DNA of 64,000 nt, from IMG/VR virus record IMGVR_UViG_3300028044_000003, positions 47,531-111,530 of that record. One strand, written 5' to 3'. This stretch comes from a virus. Below the pieces are notes generated by a model, which made no database searches, was not told the DNA's origin, and saw only the letters and a program-made list of their open reading frames with translations. Shown in pieces: positions 18,017 to 30,600 of the stretch. The translations under genes were made by a program, and so were the position numbers. Position 1 is the stretch's first letter, and every line of letters begins with the position of its first letter.

Positions 18017-18439
18017 ATGAGTCAAAACATGTTATTAATCTCATCTGTCTGGGAAAGAACTCCAGAGATGAAACTTCCAACTTTTAAATTAATCCCTTCA
18101 TCGCTTGATTGTCCTTATACGGAAGCGATTTTTGATCCTTTTTCCGGATACTTGGTTGTTTTGGATAAAAACAAAAAAACCTCTTTCCAAATGGTCCCTC
18201 GTTTAGATGAAAACGGTGATCGTATGGTTAACAAAAAAGACAATTCGGTAAAACAAGAAAGACGTCTTGTAGATATCTTTAATGATCATATTATGTATAA
18301 CCCTGAAGAAATCGAAAATTTCATCGAAAGATTTGCGGTTAACACTCATAATTTTGATTATAAGAAATACTTCAAAATGTCTGAAGATCTTAACAAACAA
18401 GCTTTACAAGAAGAAAAAGTAGCTGAAACAGTAGAATAA
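18017..18439 (+). CDS. hypothetical protein upstream of polB
   Basis: 140-aa ORF, TAATG-coupled to the polymerase. Confidence 0.8.
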   Translation: MSQNMLLISSVWERTPEMKLPTFKLIPSSLDCPYTEAIFDPFSGYLVVLDKNKKTSFQMVPRLDENGDRMVNKKDNSVKQERRLVDIFNDHIMYNPEEIENFIERFAVNTHNFDYKKYFKMSEDLNKQALQEEKVAETVE

Positions 18440-20370
18440 TGGATTTCGTTTATGACTACGAAACCCTTTCAAATTGTTTTGTTGGGGTTTTTATTGATGT
18501 CAGATCGGATGAAAAAAAAGTTTTTGTGGTCCACGAACTAAGAAATGATTTTCAAAAGTTCGTGGATTTTTTATCAGAAGCTGTTAAATCCAAGACTTGG
18601 CAAATTTCTTTTAATGGTTTAAATTTTGATGCTCAAATCACTGAGAAGGTCTTGAAAGAAAAAGATATTCTTTCAAATAAATCTTCTGATGAAATAGCTC
18701 GTTATCTCTACGAATACGCACAGTCAATTATTGACCGTTCTAGAAACAAAATGTTTCAAGAGTTTTACGAAAGTAAAATGAAAATTCGTCAGCTAGATGT
18801 ATTTAAACTTAACCACTGGGATAACACTAATAAATTTACATCTTTAAAAGAATTACAATTCGCTACTGATTGGCATAACTTACAAAGTATGCCTATACAC
18901 CATACTCAAGAGGTAACTACTCTTGATGAAATTAATACTATAATTGAATATTGTGTTAACGATGTTATTACTACAAAAAAAGTATTGTATTTATCAAAAC
19001 CTTTGTTGGAAGTAAGGAAACAAGTTAAAAGTAAATATGGATTACCTTGTGATAACTATTCAAATACTAAACTAGGTAGTGAGTTATTACTTAAACTTTA
19101 TTGCCAGGCTACTGGTAAAGATTCTTACGAAGTTAGACAGTATCGTACTAATCGTCCTGAAATTCCTATTAAAGATATTTTGTTTGACTATATCAGTTTT
19201 AAAACAGATGACTTAAAGCAATTTCATGAGTCGCTTAAGACGAAAATTATTAGAAATACTAAGAATGATTTTACTTACAAGAAAACTTTTAAAGATTATG
19301 TTTTTCACTATGGTTCTGGGGGTATACACCAGTGTATTGAACCAGGAATATATCGCGCGGATGAAGGTTATATCATAAAAGATCTTGATGTAGCTTCTCT
19401 ATATCCGAGTATCGCGTGTATGAACGAAATGTATCCGGCCCATCTAGGAAAAGAATTTTTTACTGTATATAAAGAAGGTATTGTTGACGTGAGACTTGCT
19501 GAGAAACGCAAAGGTAAAGACGGAGATAGAGCTATTATCGAGGGCTTTAAGGAAGCAGCCAACGCATCTTACGGTAACAGTAACAGTATTTATTCCTGGT
19601 TATATGATCCTCAGTATACAATGCAAACTACTATTAACGGTCAGTTGTTAATAACGATGTTAGTAGAAGATCTTATTGTAAATATACCGGACTCACAGCT
19701 TCTACAAACTAATACAGATGGTGCCACTCTTCGTATTCCAAAAGATAAAGAAGATGTTTATTATTCTGTTTGTAAAAAGTGGGAAGAAGTAACCAAACTT
19801 TCTCTAGAGTTTGCTGATTATAAAGAGATGTTTATATGGGATGTAAATAACTACATTGCTGTATATACAGATCCTAGCAAGTCTCCAAAATGTAAAGGTA
19901 GGTTTGAGTGGGAAGACCAGGAAAAATATAAGTATACACATCTTCATAAGAACAAGAGTCATTTAATTATTCCGAAAACGATTTTTAACTTTCTAATACA
20001 CAAAACTCCTATTGAAGATTATATTCGTAACTATCGAAATATCTATCATTTTTGTGCTTTTGTAAAGGCGCCACACGGTTGGGAGTTTAAAAAACTATCA
20101 ACTATTAACGGTGATTACGTAGAAAAAAACATTCAGAAAGATGTTAGATATTATGTATCCGTTAAAGGGTCTAAAATACTAAAGTGTAATATAAACGATG
20201 GTAGAAAAATCCAGGTAGAAGCTGGTAAGTGGATGCAGACGGAGTTTAATTTATACAAAGAAAAACCGTGGGAAGAATACAATATTGATTATAAGTATTA
20301 TATCGAAGCTGTTTATAATGAATTAGAAACATTAATTCCAAAAAGTAATAACCAAATAAGTTTATTTTAA
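18439..20370 (+). CDS. polB: family B DNA polymerase with 3'-5' exonuclease
   Basis: Exo I YDYET, II FNGLNFD, III YCVND; Pol A DLDVASLYP, B KEAANASYG, C NTDG. Confidence 0.96.
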   Translation: MDFVYDYETLSNCFVGVFIDVRSDEKKVFVVHELRNDFQKFVDFLSEAVKSKTWQISFNGLNFDAQITEKVLKEKDILSNKSSDEIARYLYEYAQSIIDRSRNKMFQEFYESKMKIRQLDVFKLNHWDNTNKFTSLKELQFATDWHNLQSMPIHHTQEVTTLDEINTIIEYCVNDVITTKKVLYLSKPLLEVRKQVKSKYGLPCDNYSNTKLGSELLLKLYCQATGKDSYEVRQYRTNRPEIPIKDILFDYISFKTDDLKQFHESLKTKIIRNTKNDFTYKKTFKDYVFHYGSGGIHQCIEPGIYRADEGYIIKDLDVASLYPSIACMNEMYPAHLGKEFFTVYKEGIVDVRLAEKRKGKDGDRAIIEGFKEAANASYGNSNSIYSWLYDPQYTMQTTINGQLLITMLVEDLIVNIPDSQLLQTNTDGATLRIPKDKEDVYYSVCKKWEEVTKLSLEFADYKEMFIWDVNNYIAVYTDPSKSPKCKGRFEWEDQEKYKYTHLHKNKSHLIIPKTIFNFLIHKTPIEDYIRNYRNIYHFCAFVKAPHGWEFKKLSTINGDYVEKNIQKDVRYYVSVKGSKILKCNINDGRKIQVEAGKWMQTEFNLYKEKPWEEYNIDYKYYIEAVYNELETLIPKSNNQISLF

Positions 20371-21227
20371 TGATAAAAACTAATTTTCCAAGGCCGTTAT
20401 CAGAGTTGATAGCGGCCCCATTACCTCAACAAACTGAAACATATACTGTGATTTCACACAAGTTTGTAGATGACGAGGTTAAAAGAAAGCTCCTAGAGCA
20501 TAATTTTACTATTGAGAAAACAGAGTATCGTTCTAATCACGATTCTACTGTAGCCTCTGGTATATACTTCATCCAATACGGAAACGATCCCGAATTGTCA
20601 ATGATGGTAAGTTGGGTAAACTCTTATGATAAAAGTACCAGTTTTGGTTTTACCGTAGGAGCTTATAATAAATTAAATATGGGTGCAATAGTACCTGCAG
20701 ATGCTAGTTTATGGTCCAGGGTTCACACTGGAGACGCGGTTAATGTGGTAAAAGACTATATTCATGAGCAAATAGTAAGTGCTGATAAGTTTTATAATCA
20801 ATTGATTTTGGATAAGAATAAAATGATGGGTATAAAGATCTCTAAGAGAACTTTTTCAGAGTTAATCGGAAGGTTATTCTTTGAACACAGTCTTCTAACA
20901 AACTTTTCTTTAACTACTATAAAAAAGGAGTACAAGAAACCATCGTTTGTTTATTCTAACCCAGGGTCTTTATGGTTTAATTACTGTCATATAATCTATG
21001 CACTGAGACAACACGCGCATCCTTCTGAATGGATAGAAACGATGAAGATGATTCACTTCGCTATTTGTCAAGATTTTAATTTATTTGATTATGATGAAGA
21101 AGTAAAAACTCCTTCTAATCAGATCGATCTTGAAGATATGATTGCTGAAGTTAAAAAAGAACAAGAAGAAGGTTTAGTAGTATTAGGTTCAGGTTCTGAT
21201 TTTGATATCGATAAAGAAACATTATGA
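20370..21227 (+). CDS. DUF932/DUF945-like protein
   Basis: Y.VISH..., NSYDKS.SF...VGA, RVHTG pattern. Confidence 0.6.
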   Translation: MIKTNFPRPLSELIAAPLPQQTETYTVISHKFVDDEVKRKLLEHNFTIEKTEYRSNHDSTVASGIYFIQYGNDPELSMMVSWVNSYDKSTSFGFTVGAYNKLNMGAIVPADASLWSRVHTGDAVNVVKDYIHEQIVSADKFYNQLILDKNKMMGIKISKRTFSELIGRLFFEHSLLTNFSLTTIKKEYKKPSFVYSNPGSLWFNYCHIIYALRQHAHPSEWIETMKMIHFAICQDFNLFDYDEEVKTPSNQIDLEDMIAEVKKEQEEGLVVLGSGSDFDIDKETL

Positions 21228-21625
21228 TAAAATTATTTCTAGATGATGAAAGAGTTCCGTTAGATTGTTACTCTTATATGCAAAAGCGAGATTCTGAATT
21301 ATATCATCATTATAAAGAAAATGATTGGATTATACTAAGAAATCACGATCAGTTTATTAACTGGATAACTAAAAACGGATTACCAGATTTAATATCTTTT
21401 GATCACGATTTAATTCATGAGCACTATAGTCCGTTGTGTCATATACCGAAGCAGTATAACAAGCTTTATATGACTTTCAAACAGAAAACCGGCTTACATT
21501 CAGCTCGTTGGTTATTGATATATTGTTCCAAGAATAATCTTAAAATTCCAAGATACATGGTACACACCATGAATCCGACCGGTCACGATAATATCCATTT
21601 AATGTTAAACAAAGTACTAGATTAA
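21224..21625 (+). CDS. cyclic-phosphate-processing receiver-like domain protein
   Basis: LFLDDER.P, ISFDHDL, KTG and VHTMNP.G motifs. Confidence 0.75.
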   Translation: MIKLFLDDERVPLDCYSYMQKRDSELYHHYKENDWIILRNHDQFINWITKNGLPDLISFDHDLIHEHYSPLCHIPKQYNKLYMTFKQKTGLHSARWLLIYCSKNNLKIPRYMVHTMNPTGHDNIHLMLNKVLD

Positions 21626-21658
21626 AAAATTAAGGGAACTTCGGTTCCCTTTTTTTTT
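21624..21658. terminator. bidirectional intrinsic terminator between the convergent blocks
   Basis: AAGGGAAC-TTCG-GTTCCCTT (cUUCGg loop), T-tract on the 3' side and A-tract on the 5' side. Confidence 0.9.
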
Positions 21659-21673
21659 CCTATAGTTACTCTC

Positions 21674-24600
21674 TTAACCGCCTGCGCTACGATTCTTTAT
21701 AGAGATTTTTTGTTTGATTTTTTCTATAGGAGAAACGTTAGAACCATCTATACCTATACTTTTAGCTAATGTAGTTATAAATTTAGAACCACCTTCTTGC
21801 TGCCATTCGTAAGGACCACTATCTCTCTTGTAATAAGCTCTTTCGTTATTCATTAACGTATGATAACCAAGAGCTCCCATTTTAGAATAAGATTCTATTG
21901 TTGGACCAAAAGCTAATGATTGAAAATCTAAAAGTTTAGTATAATCGTCTAATCCAAACCCTGGTAGAGGTATAAATGTTTCGTTTTCAGATCTAACGTT
22001 CATGGCCAGGAGTAAAGCGTGATTCTCAGCCCACCCCATAAGTCTGAAAGGATGTTCAGGATCATCAGCTATAAATGGTAAAGGCAAATCACCACTTTTT
22101 TCTCTTAGTTTTTCATATTTTTCATCATCATCTTCATCCCAACCAAATAATGGTAATAATAATGATTGTATAAATATCAGACCCATTATTTCTAACGGCA
22201 TTCTTAACATATTAAATCTTTCTTCCTGGTTCATTATACCCCATTGTTCGCTTGTATTTTTTGATAACCTATAAAGATTTCTTAGAGTACTGATATAAAA
22301 TCCCATTTTTAATTCATTAAGACCCGGGTTATATCTTGGTCTTATATTTCCGGATAAAGGATCTCCAGCAAATGCAAATCTTTCTACAAACATTGTAGTA
22401 AAAAACTTCTTTAGGTAAGATATAAATCTAAAGAATAAAAATCCTTGAGCTAACGGTTGGTTCATGTTAGCGTAATTACCTTCTAAAGATTGCTGAACAA
22501 TATTAAACTTATTAAGCATGTCTTTAAACTTAGCACCAGTAGCTATAGTAAGTTCAGTACCTGGTTCTACATCATTAAAATTTTCTAAACCTAATCTTTT
22601 TTTCAATTCGTCTATAGGAATGTTGTATCTAGTAGAAATAGAATCCATCGTATCACCAGTTACAAATAAATGTGTTGTTTTTCTAGGCCCATAATCAGGA
22701 TCTATACCTTCTTTAATAGTTAAAACGCCATCACGTATTTCCCAGGCATCCATATACGCTATAGGTTTGTCATATTGATAAACCGTTTGTTTGTACATCA
22801 TGGCCCCAAATAAAGATGTTTCAGATTGACCCTGTAACCACTCTCTAAAGTTATACAACCATGACATACCTAATACATCAGATGGTAAAGATCTTGAAGC
22901 AGCTCTTGCAAAACTTTCTCTCGGATCTTTCATACTAACCTGGAAAAGTTCTGTTAATTGTACATTTAAAGTTTTAGCTCCTATTTGATAAATTTGAGGA
23001 CCCATACCTTCAGAAGCAGAACCAAAACTTTTTTCACTCATTACTTTAAATGCCCATGCTTCACCTTTAGCTATAGATTTAGGATCTATATATTTACCTC
23101 CAGACATTAATAACATCTTCTGATACTTAGAACCCAAGTAATCTTTTAAAGCGGCTGGAATATTTAAAGCAAACATTGCCATCGAAGCTCTACCAAAAAT
23201 AAATTTAGAGAATGTTTGTATTGGTTTACTATTTTTACCAAATCCTAATAGTCTTTCATCATAAAACTCTCGTTTCATTAGAGTTTCGTAAATATTACTT
23301 CTAACATTAGAATCTCCTTTAACAAACTCGATAGCGTTATTAAGAAAATTCTTTTTATCAAGTTTTTCTAACTCTTTTGGAGTGTTTGTTTTTAATACCT
23401 GGTCTAAAGCTTTGGCTATAGGATGTATCTCAATTAACTTTTCTTGTTTAATCAAAGATGATGCGTAAGCATACATGCTAGTTATAAAATCGGTAGATAC
23501 ATCATCTATCGGAATATTATAGAGACCTTGAACAGGAATAGTATCTGGTTCAATCCCTTCAGAAGTTACTCTTACTAAATCATAATCTAAATCAGGATTT
23601 AAAGTTTCTAAACCATCATCTTTAGCTTTTTGATAAAACTGTCTAATCCTTCTAATGATGTATTCGAATATAGGAAACTTTTTACCTAATGTTTTACTAA
23701 TACCCCTTTGTCTATCTTCTTTAGAAGTTATAATTTTTTCGTACAAAGAAGATTCAAAACGAGGAAAATCGTAATATAATCTAGATCTTACCGGTTTACC
23801 TTCTTGGTTTTTTAAATGAAACTCTTTTACTTTTTCTAGAAGTTTGAATAACTTACCGTCTCTGGAATCGGGACTGGCGTTTTTAAGTTCGTAGTATCTT
23901 TCATTACGAAACGGAGAATCTGGTAATTCTTTAGGTAACCATTCTTTTGTATTAGTAACAGTTTTTCCTACAATCTTTTCAGTTCTAAGTTTAACTACAT
24001 TACCGTTTTCATCAGTGTATTCTTTCTTAACTACTTTACGAATGTATTTATAATTAGGTATTCTATTAATACTTACTACATCTCCATTACTATAAGTAAC
24101 TTCTCTTTTTTTATAATACTCATCACCCACAGGAGTTTTAACGGTCCATATATTTAACCTTTTCCAAACTTCTATTTCATTATCACGATCTTTATCATAA
24201 TAAACTTCTTGATAGTGGTTTTTTTCAAACCACGCTTTAAACTCAGGACTAGCTTTAAAAAGCTCTTTTAGTACTTCGTTGTCTAAACCCAAAATATTTT
24301 CATAAAGTCTATCAACATTACTTATAGTTATTTCATTAACGTCCTGACCAAAATTTTTTAACATAAAATCGTCAGGTAATCCTTCAATATTTTTAATCTT
24401 GTCGTTTAATATATCAAGATAATATTCAGTTGGTTCTTTAGAACTCATATCTGATATCTCCTGGACTAACAGATTATAACGTTCTAAATCTTTATCATTT
24501 ATACCGGCTTTTCTTTTTCTAGCTTTAGCGGTTGCGTAAAGAGATGATATCAACTGCTGTATTCCAGGTATTCCCCGATCTAATGAACGATATAATCCTC

Positions 24601-27600
24601 TTAATTGAGCACTTTCTTTTTTAGTAAAACCGTTAACGTTTAGTATGTCTTGTCTAAGAGAGTTTATTTGTTCTTGTATATCAGCTAAAGTATCAATTTG
24701 TTCTTCAGACATTATAGTACCATCAGGAGTATTGTTATCATCCTTACTAATATTAACCATTGATATTTGTTGCTCAAGTAGTTTTGATATTTTTTCCATA
24801 GCCTCTCGTTGTTTATCACCTTGAGGCATTCTATCTTTTATAGCGTTTAACTGTTGAATCTTTTCTCTAAGAACATTATAATAAATTACTTTACCATCCG
24901 CATCTACTTTTAATCTTTGATAAGTATTTTCTTTTAACCACTCATCTTCTCTTCTTCGTATTTCTTCAGCCTGGGTTACCGGATCTAATAGCTCTACAGT
25001 TATCAATCTGTCTTTAAAAGCGTTAAACTCATTCTCAAAAACACCAATTCTCTCCCTTTCTTCATAAAAGTTTCTAGTAAGCTTTCTATGTTCGATTAAT
25101 ATATCAGTTATTTTTCTATCAAACTCGTTTTTAAAATTACCATTACGATCATAGTAACTATACATTTCTTTATATCTGATACGAAGCGCTCTTAGGTTTT
25201 CTGCTACAAGAGCTTCGTCATCAAGTGCTAAGTCAGGGTCAGTTTGGGCGTTAAGATCATTAAACCAATTATCTCTTAATTCTCTGGCAGCAGCACCTTC
25301 CGCGGAGTTTTTAAATATATCATCCTTAGCATAAAACACATCAGTATAAGGTTGGTGAAACCACTTTCTTAAATATTCTAGATACTCTGTCTTTTTTTGA
25401 TTTAGTTCTTTTTCAATTTCAGAATCACGAGTTCTATCATATTCTTCTTTTAATTGTCTTATTTCTAACTTTTTTTGAGAAATAGTATAATCAACATCTT
25501 TAAACTTATCTATAAAAGCCCATACTTCTTTAGGTTTAATTTCACCATCTTCTTCAAAACCTCTTTTATCTTTAAAACCAATTTCCCTACCCAACTTACC
25601 CTGTTGTCTTTGAGTATATCCAAGAGCATCTAAAAGAGGCTTTAATACTTCAGTTTGATTATAGTAAGTATCAAAACTTTTTACATTAACTTCTATAAGG
25701 GCATCCTTAAGAAACTTAGCAAAACCTCCAATAACTGGATCACTCTGATACATATATCCTTCCAACCATCCGTTAAAATAATTTGAATCACCGAGGTTAC
25801 CTTTTAATGTTTCTAGTATTTTTTCTTTGGTGAGAATAACACCTTCCGTATACATTTTCCTTTTTAAACGTTCTAACTGAGCTTTATCTTTTATATTTAA
25901 ACTACGCGCAGAACTTAAACGATCGTAAGTTTCTTTTTCACTAATAGTTAAACCGTAATATTCTTTATGATAAGCTTCGATTTGAGATTGAGGAGCTCCG
26001 TTTAATTGTAAAGTCCTGATAATTTCTGTATAGTATTTATCATTTCTTTCAGCCATATCTTCCCACTGTTCCCAAAGAACTTGACCCACACCTTTTAAGT
26101 AACCGGTTTCATTATCACCCTGTACTTCTTTACGGGCGTTTTCAAGGTTTTCATCAATATTATTTACAAAAGAATAAATAGGATCATCTGTTTTTAATTT
26201 CAAGTCATTATTAAAAACATTCATAGTATTCTTAGTAAAGTTCGACCAGTAGTTTATGATGTTTTCATAGTATTTTAACTTTTTAATATAATCTAAATTC
26301 TGCTTTTTAGTAAGATCTGATAAGTCTGAGTTTATAACTTTAATATGTTCTCTAAGTTTGGAAACCATGTTTTCTACACGGTTCAGAGTAACTACAAATC
26401 GATTAGCCCTGTCTTTAGTAAGCTCTAAATCTTTTTCCAGTTCTAATTTTAACTTATTAAGATTCTGTGTAAGATCGTATAAATCACCTCTCTGATACTC
26501 ATCTTTTAAAGCTTCAATCAACTCTTTGTCTTTCAAAGGATTCATAGCTCTGATAGTACCCCTGGCTTTATCGTACATGTCTTTTACTATTTCGAACACC
26601 GGTGCCGCGTTATCATTAGTAACATCCATGATACTCTTAATTAACTCAGCATTGTTATTCTGATAAGCAACAATATCACCTTGAGTTATTTTTGTAGAAT
26701 CTAGTTCAAACTGCTCATCATCTAGTAATATTTCGGCCAGGTCATATAGTGTAGAGTTTTCATTAATTCTACTTACCGGTTTGTTACCGAAAAGTTTGTT
26801 CAAGAAAGTTCTAAGACCTGTGAAAAATCTTTGTATTAGTGTAGGTAGTATGTTATCCGGTTTAATACCCTGAGCTTTTTTACTAGCTGATAATTGTATT
26901 GCTTTTACTAATACTTCTTCTTTTACAATTCCTGAGTTGTCTTGGACTCCTGAATATTCATCCAGGGTTTGTTGTAGTATCACCTGTCCTTCCGGCGTGG
27001 CTATAAACTTCTCGTATAAATCATTCATTAAACGAGGGTTTTCTACCATAAGAGCTCTTACAAAAGGGTGAGCAAACTCGTGGAACTGTGTTTCAAAGTC
27101 AATATTGTTTCCGACAAAGTATACTTTACCTCCCAAGAAGAAAGCTTTTTGACCTTTCCAAGGATTTTTTGTACCGGTGGTTAGTTCAAAAGCTTTGTCT
27201 GAAGTAATTATTTGAAAAGGTACTCTTAACTTATTTGATAATTTTTCAGCGATTTGAAATACGATACTAAGAGAACGGTCTTCTTCTGACGCATTTGGTT
27301 CTATTTCCTGGATCGAATTTTCTCTAATAAATTCTTCTCTTAATTGATCATAAACATCTTCAGAAGTTATTGTATCACTATCAACTTTATTATCTATAAA
27401 TGTATTTTTATTACTAAATGTAAAATGTCTAAACCCTTTAATATTAGCAAAACTACCATCACTTTTTCTATTAAATGGAATATAATTAGCAAAGTCTCGA
27501 ATATCTTTAGCCCTACCCATTTTTATTTTAGATTCGAAAATAGGTTCCCAATCTTGAAACCCTTTTTCGTTTTTATCTAATTCTAAATCAGATACAAAAA

Positions 27601-30600
27601 ATAAATCAATAAGATATCCATCAATACTCCCAGTTATTGTTACATCGTTTTTTTTTAATCCTTTAAAACTATTTGTTATTTTAAATGAAGGATATTCTTT
27701 TTTTATAGAGTTTAATAAAGGATGTTTTTTATAGTTTTTTGCAAGTTCTTTTTGAAATTTTTCCATCAAAAATATCTTACCTGTTTCTGAAGCCCCTTCA
27801 AATTGAGATTTTATGTCTTTATATAACTTGTTAAAATAATCACCTTGTTTATCTAAAGTCACCGTAAAATCTAAGTCGTGTAAATCTTCAGTTATTTCTC
27901 TATAAAGAGTACCTTGTTTTCTTAAACTCAAACTTCCTGTAAGTAATAAACCTAATTTTTGAAATTTTGATATTATTTCTTTGGCTTTTTCATCTTTTTC
28001 AATAGTATTGTTATAATTAGTTATTTGTTGTTCTGTATCTAAAATCGTTCCAAACTTATCAAAAGTATTATTTAACACATCGTTTGCAATATCAGATAAT
28101 AAATTTTGTAGTTCGTCATTAGTTAATTTAGTATTTAGAAATAATTTTTCTAAAAACTGTTTTACTTTAGATAAATAATATTTAATTTGTTTTTCTAACT
28201 TACTATTACCATCTATTCTCCAGTAATCGGCTTTTCGATTTTGATAACTATCTCTAGGATTTTCAAAATTATTTTTGATTGCGTCAGCTATAAAATCTAT
28301 AACTATTAATTCTTTTATAGTATAATCATTTAACTGAGGACTTCTTTTTTTATAATCTTCAAAAATTTGTTGATAGTTATTAATATTTTCAATACTATAA
28401 ACTAAATCTGTTCTAATCTTATTTTTTTTACCTAAAAAACTGTAAGCAACATAAGCCGTTTCTTTTAATAATCCTTCGTCTTTAAAATTATTTTTTATTC
28501 GAATAGTTTTATATAATAGATCTGTTACTGCTAAAGGATTAAATTCGTGTAATAATTCGTTTTTAAATTCTGTTGTAAAGTTTAAACTATTAAGGAAATC
28601 AATTAATTTAGACGATAATAAATCTTCAAAATTTATTTGTTCTTCTACTCCTGGTTTAACGTTAGTAAAAGATTGAGTAACAAACTCTCTAAATCCTTCT
28701 ATGTCTTGTTTAGAACCTAATATGTGAATTTGTTCAGGTTCAAATATAAGACCTATATCACCTGGAGTTATAATAGAATCATATCCGTTCTGTATAAATT
28801 TATCTTTATATTTTTGCTCTAAGGAATCGTACTGTAAGCTATCATCTTCAATATAAGGATTTTTTAAATTTAACAACAATCTTTTTATTTTATCTCCAAA
28901 TATACCACTCGACTTATAATAACTAAAATATATACCCGGTGTTTCTATTGCAAAATTTAAATCGAATTTTTCAAAATCCGCTTTACCTTCATGATAAACA
29001 ATATCTTTTACTTTGCTATCAGAAAATATAGTGTCTAGATATTGAGAGTATAGTTGCTGAGCTTGTTGCTTTTGTTGTGGGGTTATTTCTTTAGTGAAAT
29101 CATAACCTTCATCATTAGTAGTAAACCCTTTTGATTTTAAAAATGTTTTTAAATCATTTAATAATTCATCTCTTAATTTATCTCTATTTTCTAATGCTTT
29201 GTCTCCAATATCTTCTATGGAATGTGTTTCTGTGTAAAATGGTCTTATTAATGTAAATTTAACTGCTCCTAAAGAAATTGCTTTATTTATTTTAGGTATA
29301 AATAAATCTAACAATTCATTTATTTTATCTGCTTCAAAATCATAAATTTCTGGCTTTAAAGCTACTTGAGCATTTTTAAAATCTTTATCATCATATTCTG
29401 GAATTCTTTCATCATTAGTAATGATTGCTTTAGATTTAACTACGGTATTAAAACCTAAAGCTTCATATACAGCATTAGCTAATTCAGGATTAGAATCAAA
29501 TAGTTCTTCTACTCCTGGTTTAATTTGTCCTAATGAATAATATAAATAATTAGGGTTTGAAAAATAATCATTAAATGAAGTTTTAAAATCAATAAGGTCT
29601 CTAATATCTTTATTTCTACCTATATCCATCTTAGCTTCAAAAGTATCTTGCCATCTCATGTCTCCAAATGTATTTTTATTAGATGGAGGATTGATATTTA
29701 TAAAAAAGTCAACAGGCATACCTTTGATTATTAAAGTATGAGTTGTTTTTTCACCTTTACTAAATACTTGAGCTTGATTTGTTTTTGGATTTATTTTATA
29801 GGTTAAATCTGGAAAAGTAGATTTTACTAAATCTAACCAGTTATCTTGTAATTCTTTTGGTACTTGCCAATCTAAGTCATGCAAGTTATCATTAGATTCT
29901 CTATATACAGTTCCTTCATTTGAAAGAGCTGGAGAACCTGTAAACATAAAACCTAAAGAATTTAATTTATGATATATTTTATTTATAGTAGAATTATTTT
30001 CTAACACTTCTTTTAAAGATACAACAGTTTCTCCTTTTCTAGCTCTACTAGAATTATTAACTATTTTAGATGTATTATTAAATAATATATCATCTACAAT
30101 TTCATTTATTACAGCATCAAAAGGTCTAATGTTAACTTTATTAACACCTTTAGTTTCAATACCTCTTTGCTTTAAAAATCTATCAACAGCTTTGTAATAA
30201 TCTGATTTCCATATTTTATTAAATAAAGCTAGTATACCATTAATAATAGTTTCTAAAGTTGTTAGCTTTTTATCTTGCTTTGTTTTTTTAGTTCTATCTT
30301 TATTTTCTACTATTCTTTCAGCTAAAAGTTTACTAAGTATTTCAACTTTTAATTTTCTTTCATTGTTTTTATAGATAGGATCATTTTTATATAAATCATA
30401 ATACTGTTGGTATTTTTCCCAACTAGCTATATTTTCTAATGCTCTTCTAATTAATGGAGATGCTTCAGCGTGTTTGCTAGCACCCATAAACTCAATTGCA
30501 AAAGTAGCAACCTCTTCAGCATAATCTAAAGTGTTATATTTGTTAGAATCAAGAAATACAGCTTTGTGTAATATATCAGATACTGCAACAGCATTACTAT

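Noticed and set aside
4961-19562. Short alternative-frame or antisense ORFs (4961-5161, 7346-7534, 7387-7617, 9219-9449, 14097-14279, 18203-18400, 19368-19562)
   Set aside because: They lie within well-supported genes and have no motifs; shadow ORFs
21674-21690. C-terminal SAGG of the 3093-aa protein as a ubiquitin-like GG tail
   Set aside because: No beta-grasp domain or conjugation enzymes are visible; likely coincidental
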